64,000 bases of DNA from contig DAOVJY010000002.1 of NCBI GenBank assembly GCA_030632085.1, positions 13,325 to 77,324 on the forward strand, in the 5' to 3' direction. This DNA is from Candidatus Omnitrophota bacterium (GTDB taxonomy: Bacteria > Omnitrophota > Gorgyraeia > JAGLLT01). Under the pieces are notes generated by a model that was not told where the DNA came from, made no database searches, and saw only the letters and a list, made by a program, of their open reading frames with translations. Below are positions 40,175-49,275 of the stretch, piece after piece. Each line of letters begins with the position of its first letter. Within the stretch, counting starts at the first letter, position 1. The position numbers were made by a program, and so were the translations under genes.

Positions 40175-40183
40175 GGGAATGAT

Positions 40184-41311
40184 ATGATAAAACCAAATCC
40201 TTTTACTCCGCAGTCGGGCTGGGAACCGAGATTTTTTGGAGGCCGGGAGGAAGAGCTGAATTTTTTTGAAAAGGTACTCTCTCAAAGCATAAGAGACCAG
40301 GCCAATCATGTGGTCATTTTAGGAGAGTGGGGTACGGGAAAGACCTCACTATCTAAACAACTGAAGAAGATAGCTCAATCTCAGGGGTACCCGACGGCTT
40401 TTTGTCCTTTAAGTAACATAAGTTCCAAGTCGGCCTTAAAAGACACTATCAACCTTATAGCTCAGGAGATGCTTCTAGGCCTTCCTAAGGACTCAACAGC
40501 CATAGGTATGGAAAACATTTTAAATGAGTTAGGTAAATTACAGCCACAGGTTAAGTTTACTAAGTTTTTGGTAAATTTATGGCAAGTCATAGAAGCTAAG
40601 ATGGCGGTGGTGTTTATTGATGATGTGCAGAATTTAGATATTAATTCCGGGGTTATTGATACCCTGCGTTCTGTTTTAAGCAGGGATGAAGTAATAAAAA
40701 GTACTAATTATTTGTTTGTTTTATTGTCAACGCCCAGGGGCTGGCAGGATTTTATAGATAAACATAATCCGGTAGGCCGTTTTTTTAGAAAAAGAATATA
40801 TTTGGAGAACCTCAATCAGACGGAAACAAGTGAAATAATTGATAAAACATTAAATGAAACCGAAATTAGTTTCGGTGAAAACATTAAAAAGGATGTTTAT
40901 GATAATACTAAAGGACATCCTTATGAATTACAGCTTTTATGCAGTAATCTATATGATGATCAGCTCCAAGATACTATTACTAATGAGATTTTTAACAAGG
41001 CTTTAAAAAATACTTTACGGGAATTAGGTAAAGATTATTTTGAAGCTCTTTACAGAAGAGCGAGTGATAGAGAGAAAGAGGTCTTGTCTATTTTAGTGGA
41101 AAAAAATAAACCTCTTAGTATATCAGACATTCGCTCAATAATGATAATCGAGAAAAGAAAGGCCGGCTTTCCTATCGCGAATATTAAAAATTTTCTCTAT
41201 CGTCTCTACGAAAAAGAGATTATAAAAAGAAGAGATACGGGTGAGTTTGAAATAATAGATCCTATGTTTACTAAATACCTGGAGATTTTTGAATTGAAAA
41301 AAGGAGTATAA
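40184..41311 (+). CDS. AAA/P-loop ATPase with C-terminal winged helix (archaeal ATPase-like)
   Basis: NPF..GREEEL, GEWGTGKT, FIDDVQ and GHPYELQ motifs. Confidence 0.85.
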   Translation: MIKPNPFTPQSGWEPRFFGGREEELNFFEKVLSQSIRDQANHVVILGEWGTGKTSLSKQLKKIAQSQGYPTAFCPLSNISSKSALKDTINLIAQEMLLGLPKDSTAIGMENILNELGKLQPQVKFTKFLVNLWQVIEAKMAVVFIDDVQNLDINSGVIDTLRSVLSRDEVIKSTNYLFVLLSTPRGWQDFIDKHNPVGRFFRKRIYLENLNQTETSEIIDKTLNETEISFGENIKKDVYDNTKGHPYELQLLCSNLYDDQLQDTITNEIFNKALKNTLRELGKDYFEALYRRASDREKEVLSILVEKNKPLSISDIRSIMIIEKRKAGFPIANIKNFLYRLYEKEIIKRRDTGEFEIIDPMFTKYLEIFELKKGV

Positions 41312-41315
41312 AAGC

Positions 41316-41771
41316 ATGACTGACCTTGAAGATAAAATTAAAAAAGATACAATAGAAGCCTTGAAAAATAAGGACGGAGTAAAAGTGACAACTTTAAGAA
41401 TGCTCCAAGCGGCTATCCAGCGCAAAGCTATTGAAAACAGGAAAGAAGAATTAAAAGAAGAAGATGTTTTACAGGTTTTAAAAAAGCAAGTGAAGCAAAT
41501 TAAAGATTCTATTGAAGCTTTTACTAACGGTAACAGAAATGATTTGGTTGAAAAAGAAAAAGTGTCCTTAAGCATCCTTAAGGATTATTTGCCTCCTCAG
41601 GCAAGCCTTGAAGAAATAAAAGAGGTAGTTTTAAAAATTAAAGATGAAATAAATCCTCAGTTGCCCGCTGATTTCGGCAAGGTTATGAAAGAAGCTATGG
41701 CTGTTTTAAAAGGAAAAGCAGACGGCAAAGATGTAAGTGTGATAATAAAACAACTTCTTTTAAAAAAATAA
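41316..41771 (+). CDS. GatB/YqeY domain protein
   Basis: TLRML..YLP.Q..DFGKVMK..GKADGK. Confidence 0.9.
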   Translation: MTDLEDKIKKDTIEALKNKDGVKVTTLRMLQAAIQRKAIENRKEELKEEDVLQVLKKQVKQIKDSIEAFTNGNRNDLVEKEKVSLSILKDYLPPQASLEEIKEVVLKIKDEINPQLPADFGKVMKEAMAVLKGKADGKDVSVIIKQLLLKK

Positions 41772-41775
41772 ATAG

Positions 41776-42546
41776 ATGAAAACGCTCAAATTTATAGGCA
41801 CAGCCGGTGCCAGATTCGCAATGCTGAGACAGTTGAGGGCTTCAGGTGGTTTGTGGCTTAAGTGGGAGGAGACTAATTTGTTAATAGATCCGGGGCCCGG
41901 CTCTCTCGTGGGATGTTTAAAGTCGCGTCCTAAATTAAATCCTCTGGATTTAGATGGTATTATTTTAACCCATCGCCATCTGGATCATTCAGGAGATATT
42001 AATGTGATGATAGAAGCTATGACCGAAGGGGGTCATAAAAAAAAGGGTATAGTTGTTGCTCCTTATGATGCTCTGGAGATTGATCCGGTAATCTTAAGGT
42101 ATAACCGTAATTATGTTGACAAGATAGAAATTTTAAAGGAAAATGAGACCTATAAAATTAAAGAGGTTTCATTTCAGGCCGCGATAGAGCATGTTCATGG
42201 CTGTGAGACTTACGGCCTTAATTTTAAGGCTGGTAAAAAAGTCCTTCTTTCTATCATAACTGATACTCAGTATTTTGAAGGTATTGAAAAATATTACCCG
42301 GGGGATATCCTGGTGGTAAATATTTTGTTATTTAATGAAAAAAATCATGTAAAGCATCTTAGCTTAGCTGATGCCAGATTAATTTTAAAAAATAGTAATT
42401 GCCGGGTTTTTATCATGACTCATTTTGGTATGAAGATGCTTAAGAATAAACCCCATGAAATCGCCCGTGAGCTTCAAGATGAATTTAAAGATAAACAAAT
42501 TATCGCCGCCTATGACGGCATGACTTTTGATTTAGAAAAGCGTTAA
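41776..42546 (+). CDS. MBL-fold metallo-hydrolase
   Basis: IDPGPG, THRHLDH and THFG motifs. Confidence 0.88.
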   Translation: MKTLKFIGTAGARFAMLRQLRASGGLWLKWEETNLLIDPGPGSLVGCLKSRPKLNPLDLDGIILTHRHLDHSGDINVMIEAMTEGGHKKKGIVVAPYDALEIDPVILRYNRNYVDKIEILKENETYKIKEVSFQAAIEHVHGCETYGLNFKAGKKVLLSIITDTQYFEGIEKYYPGDILVVNILLFNEKNHVKHLSLADARLILKNSNCRVFIMTHFGMKMLKNKPHEIARELQDEFKDKQIIAAYDGMTFDLEKR

Positions 42547-42550
42547 AAAT

Positions 42551-42656
42551 AAGTCACAAAAGATAAGTCATAAGTCACATGACACAAGTCACAAGACAAA
42601 TAGCTAAGAGCAAAAAACAAAAGAACGAAAAACAAAAAACTAAAAAAAACAAGAAA
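42551..42656 (+). repeat. Mosaic A-rich heptamer array
   Basis: AGTCATA AGTCACA TGACACA AGTCACA, TAGCTAAGAGC and A/C tracts shared with the 39.3 kb and 46.9 kb loci. Confidence 0.85.
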
Positions 42657-42663
42657 TTGAACT

Positions 42664-42749
42664 ACTCCTTGCTTAAACAAAGGTAAATTATCAAAGAGAA
42701 TTTACCTTTAAGCTTCGGAGTTAATTCTCCGCCTAAGGCGGATCATTAA
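42664..42749 (+). repeat. Dispersed double-hairpin element, copy 5
   Basis: Same first hairpin as copies 2b and 4 with an inverted loop; second hairpin TCCGCC-TAA-GGCGGA. Confidence 0.9.
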
Positions 42750-42760
42750 GGAGTATAACA

Positions 42761-43921
42761 ATGGAATTTTCCAAAAGAGCGCAAGTCATAATGGCCTCTC
42801 CGACTTTAGCCATTACTTCCAAGGCTAAAAAAATGAAGGCGGATGGAGAAGATGTGGTAAATTTTGCCGCCGGGGAACCGTTTTTTGATACACCCGATCA
42901 AATCAAACAGGCAGCTATCGAGGCCATTCAAGAAGGTTTTACTAAATATACGCCGGCAGCCGGAGCACCATTTTTAAAGAGGGCTATTTGTCAGAAGTTT
43001 AGGAATGATAACGGTATTGATTATGATGAAAATCAAATTGTTGTTTCCTGCGGAGCTAAACATTCTTTGTTTAACATTATGGAAATTCTCTGCGATGAAA
43101 AGGATGAGGTTATTTTTTCCGCTCCTTACTGGGTAAGTTACCCGGAGATGGTAAGGTTTGCGGGGGGCCAACCCATAATAATAAAGACATTAGAAAAAAA
43201 CGATTTTAAATTTAAAGCGGATACCTTAAGAAAATATATTACTAATAAAACTAAAATACTTATTTTAAACAGTCCTTCCAACCCCACGGGAGCGATGTAT
43301 ACTCGAGACGAATTAGAGGAAATTGCCGAAGTGGCTGTAAAGAATAATCTTTATGTTATCAGTGATGAAATATATGAAAAGATAATTTATGGTAGCAAAA
43401 AACATGTTTCTATCGCTTCTTTAGGTAAGGACATTTATAAGCGAACTATTACGGTAAATGGTGTTTCAAAGACTTATTCTATGACAGGATGGCGTATTGG
43501 TTATTTAGGGGCACCTGAAGCTATAGCTTCCAAGATTAAGAATTTGCAGAGTCATTCAACTTCAAATCCCGCTTCTATCAGCCAGAAAGCGGCTTACGCG
43601 GCTTTAAGTTGTGATGAGTCTATAATCGGAAATATGGTTTCTGAATTTAATGTAAGGCGCAAGTTAATGGTTAAAGGCCTTAATTCGGTTAAGGGATTTT
43701 CATGTAAATCACCCGACGGGGCTTTTTATTGTTTTTGCAATACAAGAGAAACTAATATGAATTCTATGGATTTGGCTAATAAGCTTTTAAAGGAACAAAA
43801 AATAGCGGTTATTCCCGGTATAGCTTTTGGCCAGGAGTATTATTTAAGATTCAGTTTTTCGTGTGACACTGAACAGATTGAAAAAGGGATATCCAGATTG
43901 AGGGAGGCATTCGCGAGCTAA
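42761..43921 (+). CDS. aspC: Aspartate aminotransferase (class I/II PLP)
   Basis: NSPSNPTG, SDEIYE and SKTYSMTGWRIG motifs. Confidence 0.88.
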   Translation: MEFSKRAQVIMASPTLAITSKAKKMKADGEDVVNFAAGEPFFDTPDQIKQAAIEAIQEGFTKYTPAAGAPFLKRAICQKFRNDNGIDYDENQIVVSCGAKHSLFNIMEILCDEKDEVIFSAPYWVSYPEMVRFAGGQPIIIKTLEKNDFKFKADTLRKYITNKTKILILNSPSNPTGAMYTRDELEEIAEVAVKNNLYVISDEIYEKIIYGSKKHVSIASLGKDIYKRTITVNGVSKTYSMTGWRIGYLGAPEAIASKIKNLQSHSTSNPASISQKAAYAALSCDESIIGNMVSEFNVRRKLMVKGLNSVKGFSCKSPDGAFYCFCNTRETNMNSMDLANKLLKEQKIAVIPGIAFGQEYYLRFSFSCDTEQIEKGISRLREAFAS

Positions 43922-43922
43922 G

Positions 43923-45179
43923 ATGGGAAAAACTATTGCTGAGAAAATTTTAAGTAATCACGCGGAGAGGGATTTGAAGGCCGGCGATTTGGCTATATGC
44001 AAGGTTGATTTTTGTTTTGGCCAGGATGGTACAAGCGGGCTTATAATTGATTCATTTAGTGAGCTTAAAAATAGTAAAGTGGCGGAGAAAGATAATTTTT
44101 GCATGGTTATTGACCACTCGGCACCGAGTCCGAACGAAAGGGTCTCGGAAATTCATAATAAGATGCGCAGCTTTGCTCAAAAGCACAAGATTAATATGTA
44201 TGATATCGGTTGCGGCGTTTGTCATCAGGTAATTCCCGAGGGGGGCCATGTTACATGCGGCGATCTAATTGTTGGAGCTGATTCTCATACCTGTACCTAC
44301 GGAGCTTTGAACGCGTTTTCAACGGGTATGGGCTCAACTGATTTAAGCATTATTGTTGCCAGCGGTAAAACCTGGTTCAAGGTGCCCGAAACGGTTAAAA
44401 TGATGATTGACGGTGAGCTTGCCAAAGGAGTTTACTCCAAGGATATAATTTTACATATCACAGGAGATGTTAAATCCGATGGCTGCACTTATAAAGCTAT
44501 TGAATTTTCCGGAGAAACTATCAAAAACTTAAGTATGGACGCGCGCTTTACCATATCCAATATGGCTATTGAAGTAGGAGCTAAAGCGGGTATTATGGGG
44601 GCCGATGAGAAGACTTTTGACTGGCTGGAGAAGCATTGCCGGAAACCTTGTAAGCCGGTGAGAAGCGATGATGACGCGATTTATAGCCAGATAAAAGTAT
44701 ACGATGCTTCAAAGATAGTTCCGATGGTAGCTAAACCACACACAGTCGATAATACGGCTACAGTTGAAGAAGTTAGCGGCCTAAAAATTAATCAGGGTTA
44801 TATTGGCACTTGTACTAATGGCCGCCTGGAAGACTTAAGGATCGCGGTTTCCATATTAAAAAATAAAAAGGTGCATCCTGATGTAAGATTTTTGGTCGCG
44901 CCGGCATCGAATAATATATATTTGGAGGCTCTTGCCGAAGGCCTGATTTCATGCTTAATTGAGTCCGGAGCCACGATTCTACCCCCGGGTTGCGGTCCCT
45001 GCGTGGGAACCCATCAGGGGGTTCCTTCCGATGGTGAGGTGGTTATTTCAACGGCTAACAGAAATTTTAAAGGCCGCATGGGTAATCCCAAAGCCTTTAT
45101 ATATTTAGCTTCACCGGCGACTGTGGCTGTGAGTGTAATTAATGGAAAGATAACGGATCCCAGGGGTTATGTAAAATGA
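43923..45179 (+). CDS. Isopropylmalate dehydratase/homoaconitase-family large subunit (LeuC/HacA type)
   Basis: [22 protein letters not shown] and NRNFKGRMG motifs. Confidence 0.9.
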   Translation: MGKTIAEKILSNHAERDLKAGDLAICKVDFCFGQDGTSGLIIDSFSELKNSKVAEKDNFCMVIDHSAPSPNERVSEIHNKMRSFAQKHKINMYDIGCGVCHQVIPEGGHVTCGDLIVGADSHTCTYGALNAFSTGMGSTDLSIIVASGKTWFKVPETVKMMIDGELAKGVYSKDIILHITGDVKSDGCTYKAIEFSGETIKNLSMDARFTISNMAIEVGAKAGIMGADEKTFDWLEKHCRKPCKPVRSDDDAIYSQIKVYDASKIVPMVAKPHTVDNTATVEEVSGLKINQGYIGTCTNGRLEDLRIAVSILKNKKVHPDVRFLVAPASNNIYLEALAEGLISCLIESGATILPPGCGPCVGTHQGVPSDGEVVISTANRNFKGRMGNPKAFIYLASPATVAVSVINGKITDPRGYVK

Positions 45180-45679
45180 GATTAAAAAGCCGGGCCATTA
45201 GACTCAAACAGGATAATGATGTTAATACTGATTATATAATTTCAGGCCGGTATAAATTCCAAATTCAGGATCCTAAGGAATTAGCTAAATATGTTTTTAA
45301 TGATCTGGAACCGGATTTTTTAAAAAGAACCGGCGGCAGAAGTATTATTATAGCCGGTTCTAATTTCGGCTGCGGTTCATCAAGAGAACAAGCACCTTTG
45401 GCTCTAAAATACGCGGGCATAAAAGCGATTATTGCCAAAAGTTTTGCTCGTATTTTTTATCGTAACGCTTTCAATCTGGGTATTATACTTATTGAAGCTG
45501 AGACTGACGATATTGCCGATATGGACGAACTGGAATTAGATTTAGACGCGGGTACATTAAAAAATACAACTAAAGACTTTGAAGTTAAATTTAACCCTTT
45601 ACCTGAATTTATGGAAGAGGTTATCAGAGACGGTTCAATAGTAAAGTACTTTAATAAACATGGAGGATTTCAGTTTTGA
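45176..45679 (+). CDS. Isopropylmalate dehydratase/homoaconitase-family small subunit (LeuD/HacB type)
   Basis: [17 protein letters not shown] and SFARIFYRN motifs. Confidence 0.9.
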   Translation: MRLKSRAIRLKQDNDVNTDYIISGRYKFQIQDPKELAKYVFNDLEPDFLKRTGGRSIIIAGSNFGCGSSREQAPLALKYAGIKAIIAKSFARIFYRNAFNLGIILIEAETDDIADMDELELDLDAGTLKNTTKDFEVKFNPLPEFMEEVIRDGSIVKYFNKHGGFQF

Positions 45680-46758
45680 GTAAATATAAAATTACACTTA
45701 TACCGGGAGACGGCATAGGGCCTGAAGTCAGTGAAGCCGCTAAAAGATGTATTGACGCGACTAAAGTAGATATTGAATGGGAAATTGTTGAAGCGGGCAG
45801 CGCGGTTATTGAAAAAGAAGGAACTCCTTTGCCGGATAGTGTTATTGAGTCGATAAAGAAAAATAAAATTGCTCTAAAAGGGCCAATAGTAACCCCGGTG
45901 GGTACCGGTTTTCGTTCGGTTAATGTGGCGTTGAGACAGAGGCTTGATTTATACAGTTGTCTCAGGCCATGCAAAAGTTATGCAGGGCTTAATATACCCT
46001 ATAGTGACGTTGATTTAGTGATTGTAAGAGAAAATACGGAAGACCTCTATGCCGGTATAGAGTTTGAAGAAGGCCGGAAGGAAACTTTGGAGCTTATTGA
46101 AAAAATAGAGCAATTATCATCTAAGAAAATACTCAAAGATTCCGGTGTAAGCATAAAGCCCATTTCAGAGACGGCAACAAAGAGAATCGTAAAGTTCGCT
46201 TTTGAATATGCCCTAAAAAATAACAGAAAGAAAGTGACGGCTGTTCATAAGGCCAACATTATGAAATTTTCCGACGGTTTATTCTTAAGAGTGGCCCAAG
46301 AGGTTGCCGGGGAATATGAAGGCCGTGTGGAATTCACTGAAAATATAGTTGACAATTTATGCATGCAGCTTGTTTTGAGGCCGCATAATTTTGATGTTTT
46401 GGTTTTACCTAATCTTTACGGAGACATTATTTCCGATTTATGCGCCGGCTTAGTGGGAGGCTTAGGTTTAGCTCCGGGGGCAAATATCGGTGACGATTGT
46501 GCTGTTTTTGAGGCTACGCATGGCTCAGCTCCGAAATATACGGGTTTAAATAAAGTTAATCCTGTGGCCATGATTCTCTCCGGTGTTTTAATGCTAAAGT
46601 ATCTTAAAGAAGACGCGGCGGCAGATAAGCTTGAGAACGCGGTTAAAGAGATTATCTCTGAGGGTAAATCAGTTACTTATGACTTAAAAAAAGATAGGAA
46701 TGATCCTTCGGCTGTCGGAACCAGCCAAATGGCGGATGCGATAATTGAGAAGTTATAA
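45676..46758 (+). CDS. icd: Isocitrate dehydrogenase, probably NADP-dependent
   Basis: [24 protein letters not shown] and HGSAPKY motifs. Confidence 0.8.
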   Translation: MSKYKITLIPGDGIGPEVSEAAKRCIDATKVDIEWEIVEAGSAVIEKEGTPLPDSVIESIKKNKIALKGPIVTPVGTGFRSVNVALRQRLDLYSCLRPCKSYAGLNIPYSDVDLVIVRENTEDLYAGIEFEEGRKETLELIEKIEQLSSKKILKDSGVSIKPISETATKRIVKFAFEYALKNNRKKVTAVHKANIMKFSDGLFLRVAQEVAGEYEGRVEFTENIVDNLCMQLVLRPHNFDVLVLPNLYGDIISDLCAGLVGGLGLAPGANIGDDCAVFEATHGSAPKYTGLNKVNPVAMILSGVLMLKYLKEDAAADKLENAVKEIISEGKSVTYDLKKDRNDPSAVGTSQMADAIIEKL

Positions 46759-47021
46759 GGCTATCAGCTGGCAGCTAAACAAGTCACAAGTCATACCCTG
46801 GTGGGCACAGGCAAGACATAAGTCACAAGTAAAAAAATAAAAACAAACAAATAAGATGCAAGAAACAAGTGCAAAGTCATACCCTGGTGGGCACAGGCAA
46901 GACATAAGTCACAAGATAAATAGCTAAGAGCCAAGAGCTTAGAGCTAAGAGCAAAAAACAAAAACAAAAGAACAAAAAGACAAAAAGCTGAAGGCTAATA
47001 GCTGAAAGCAGAGAGCTGATA
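46759..47021 (+). repeat. Mosaic heptamer array with a 42-bp direct repeat
   Basis: AAGTCATACCCTGGTGGGCACAGGCAAGACATAAGTCACAAG at 46788-46829 and 46874-46915; AGCTAAG/AGCTGAA units. Confidence 0.9.
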
Positions 47022-47024
47022 ATT

Positions 47025-47948
47025 ATGAAAATTGGCATTATTGGAGCGGGAAATGTTGGCTCGACTTTAGCTTTTAAAATTTTAAATGATAATCTGGCTG
47101 ATGTAGCTTTAGTTGATATAAACGCTGATTTAGCCATAGGCAAAGCCCTTGATTTAAATGATGCGTCAGGCGTTTTCGGGTTAGACAAAAAAGCTGTTGG
47201 CAGTGACTCTTATCAAGTAATTGAAGACGCGGATTTGATTGTTGTTACCGCCGGCTTTCCCAGAAAACCGGGAATGAGCCGGGAAGACCTGCTTCTGAAG
47301 AACGCGGGTATAATTAAAGAGGTTATAACCAAAATAAAAAAAGTTAATTCGAAGGCTATAATTATCATGGTGACTAATCCTTTGGATGTAACAACTTACC
47401 TGGCTTATAAGGTAAGCGGTTTTGATAGAAAAAGGGTTTTTGGGATGGCTGGCGTTCTTGATTCAGCCAGGCTGGCAGTTATCCTTTCGGAAGAACTAAA
47501 AAAAGATTTAGCCGATATAAATTCAATGATTTTAGGTACTCACGGTGATTCTATGGTGCCCTTAAAAAGTAAAATTATTATTGAAGATAAAAATGTTCTG
47601 GAAATAATCGACGAACCCGCGGTTGACGCTCTCCTGGAAAAAGCCAAAACTCAGGGCGGCAGGATAGTTGCTCATCTTAAAGGCGGCAGTGCTTACTACG
47701 CTCCGGCTACGAGCGTTTATAAAATGATTGATGTAATTGTAAATGACAAAAAAGAAATTCTTCCTGTTTCGGTTTATTTAGAAGGTGAATACGGCCTTAG
47801 CGATGTTTGCCTGGGTGTGCCGGTGAGACTTTCAAAAAATGGAATAGAGGAAATAATCGAGGTTGACTTGACGCAGGCGGAAAATAACAAGCTAAAAAGC
47901 GCCAATGAGGTTATAAAATCCGGAATAGCTAAAGTTATGAATGTTTAA
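47025..47948 (+). CDS. mdh: Malate dehydrogenase (LDH-like)
   Basis: GAGNVG, AGFPRKPGMSREDL, NPLD and HGD motifs. Confidence 0.93.
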   Translation: MKIGIIGAGNVGSTLAFKILNDNLADVALVDINADLAIGKALDLNDASGVFGLDKKAVGSDSYQVIEDADLIVVTAGFPRKPGMSREDLLLKNAGIIKEVITKIKKVNSKAIIIMVTNPLDVTTYLAYKVSGFDRKRVFGMAGVLDSARLAVILSEELKKDLADINSMILGTHGDSMVPLKSKIIIEDKNVLEIIDEPAVDALLEKAKTQGGRIVAHLKGGSAYYAPATSVYKMIDVIVNDKKEILPVSVYLEGEYGLSDVCLGVPVRLSKNGIEEIIEVDLTQAENNKLKSANEVIKSGIAKVMNV

Positions 47949-47950
47949 AA

Positions 47951-48880
47951 GTGCATATAAAAAAACATTTTTTTAATTTTATATTAAAAGCGCCGCTGAT
48001 AATCCTGGCGCTTTTATTGTCGAGTTGCCGGGGCGCAAATTATATTACTCAAAGCCAATTGCTTTTAGGTACGACGGTTTCCATTAGTGTTGGGGCTCAT
48101 GATGTTGTTTTGGCAGATAAAGCGTTGATTGCCGCTTTTGGTGAAATAAAGCGTATAGAAAATGTTATGAGCTATTTTAAAAAAGACAACTTGCTTAATA
48201 AATTGAATTCTCAAGCTTCAATTAAGCCCGTTGAAATATCAGATGAACTTTTTTATTTAATTGAAACTTGTCAGAAGTTTTCAGAATTTACCGGTGGCGC
48301 TTTTGATATAACGGCAACTTCATTAGATGAAGCTGATGGATATAAACAAATTGTTTTAGATATAGACAAAAAAACAGTATTTTTTAAAAACAAAAAGGCG
48401 CGAATAGATTTAGGAGCGGCTGCCAAAGGTTATGCCGTTGATAGAGCCATAACGGTTTTGCGTTCATACGGGTTTAATAATGCCTTAGTAAATGCCGGCG
48501 GGGATATATATGCTTCAGGTAATTATAAGGGCGGCAAATGGGCCATAGGAATAAGAAATCCTTCAAAAAAAGATAAAATAAAGGATAAAATATATTTAAC
48601 TAATATGGCTGTGGCAACTTCGGGTAATTACCTGAGAGCGCATATTATTAGAACAAAAGATAAAAATTTAAAATCAAATGTGGTATCAGCCACTGTTATA
48701 GCCTCAAGTTGTCTTGAGGCCGATATCTTGGCGACTGCTGTGTTTGTAGATCCCGATGCGGCTTTAAAAACCGCGGAAAGCCTCAAGGGTATAGAAATTT
48801 TACTTATTAAAAATATGGATCAAAAGCTTAAAGAAACAAAAACCAGCGGATTCATGAAATATAAAGTTAATAAAAGGTAA
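47951..48880 (+). CDS. apbE: FAD:protein FMN transferase lipoprotein
   Basis: Lipobox LSSC; DLGAAAKGYAVD, NAGGDI and ATSGNY motifs. Confidence 0.9.
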   Translation: MHIKKHFFNFILKAPLIILALLLSSCRGANYITQSQLLLGTTVSISVGAHDVVLADKALIAAFGEIKRIENVMSYFKKDNLLNKLNSQASIKPVEISDELFYLIETCQKFSEFTGGAFDITATSLDEADGYKQIVLDIDKKTVFFKNKKARIDLGAAAKGYAVDRAITVLRSYGFNNALVNAGGDIYASGNYKGGKWAIGIRNPSKKDKIKDKIYLTNMAVATSGNYLRAHIIRTKDKNLKSNVVSATVIASSCLEADILATAVFVDPDAALKTAESLKGIEILLIKNMDQKLKETKTSGFMKYKVNKR

Positions 48881-48882
48881 GT

Positions 48883-49263
48883 ATGTTTGAGTCATTTAAA
48901 ATTTATAAAGATAATCGGATCAATGGCCGCGTGGGAAGACTTAATCGTCAAGCCTACTGTTATTTATTATTGCCAGCTGATAAAGCCATTGACGAAAAAG
49001 CAAAAAAACGATTAAATGTAATTAGTAAGTTTACAAATTTAGGTTCCGGGTTTAAAATAGCTATGGAAGATTTAGAGATAAGAGGTGCCGGTAGTCTTTT
49101 GGGCCGGCAACAGCATGGATATATATCTTTAATAGGTTTCGATCTTTATTGCCGCCTTTTAAAAGATTCGATTAAAAAGTTAACCAAAAATGAAAATTTG
49201 AAAAATAGAGATAAACTAATTCGGACATATGTTAATTCTCCCCGCCGCGGCGGGGATCATTAA
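48883..49263 (+). pseudogene. mfd: Remnant of transcription-repair coupling factor Mfd (motif VI/TRG region)
   Basis: GRVGR..AYCY and GSGFKIAMEDLEIRGAG.LLG.QQHG; only 126 aa; sits in the usual mfd position before surA. Confidence 0.82.
49232..49263 (+). repeat. Minimal hairpin element, copy 6
   Basis: TTAATTC-TCCCCGCCGCGGCGGGGA-TCATTAA followed by GGAG. Confidence 0.8.
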
Positions 49264-49275
49264 GGAGAAAACTCT

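Noticed and set aside
46788-46915. Possible mini-CRISPR (42-bp direct repeat with 44-bp spacer)
   Set aside because: Only two units, the spacer is itself low-complexity repeat DNA related to other loci, and there are no cas genes in the window
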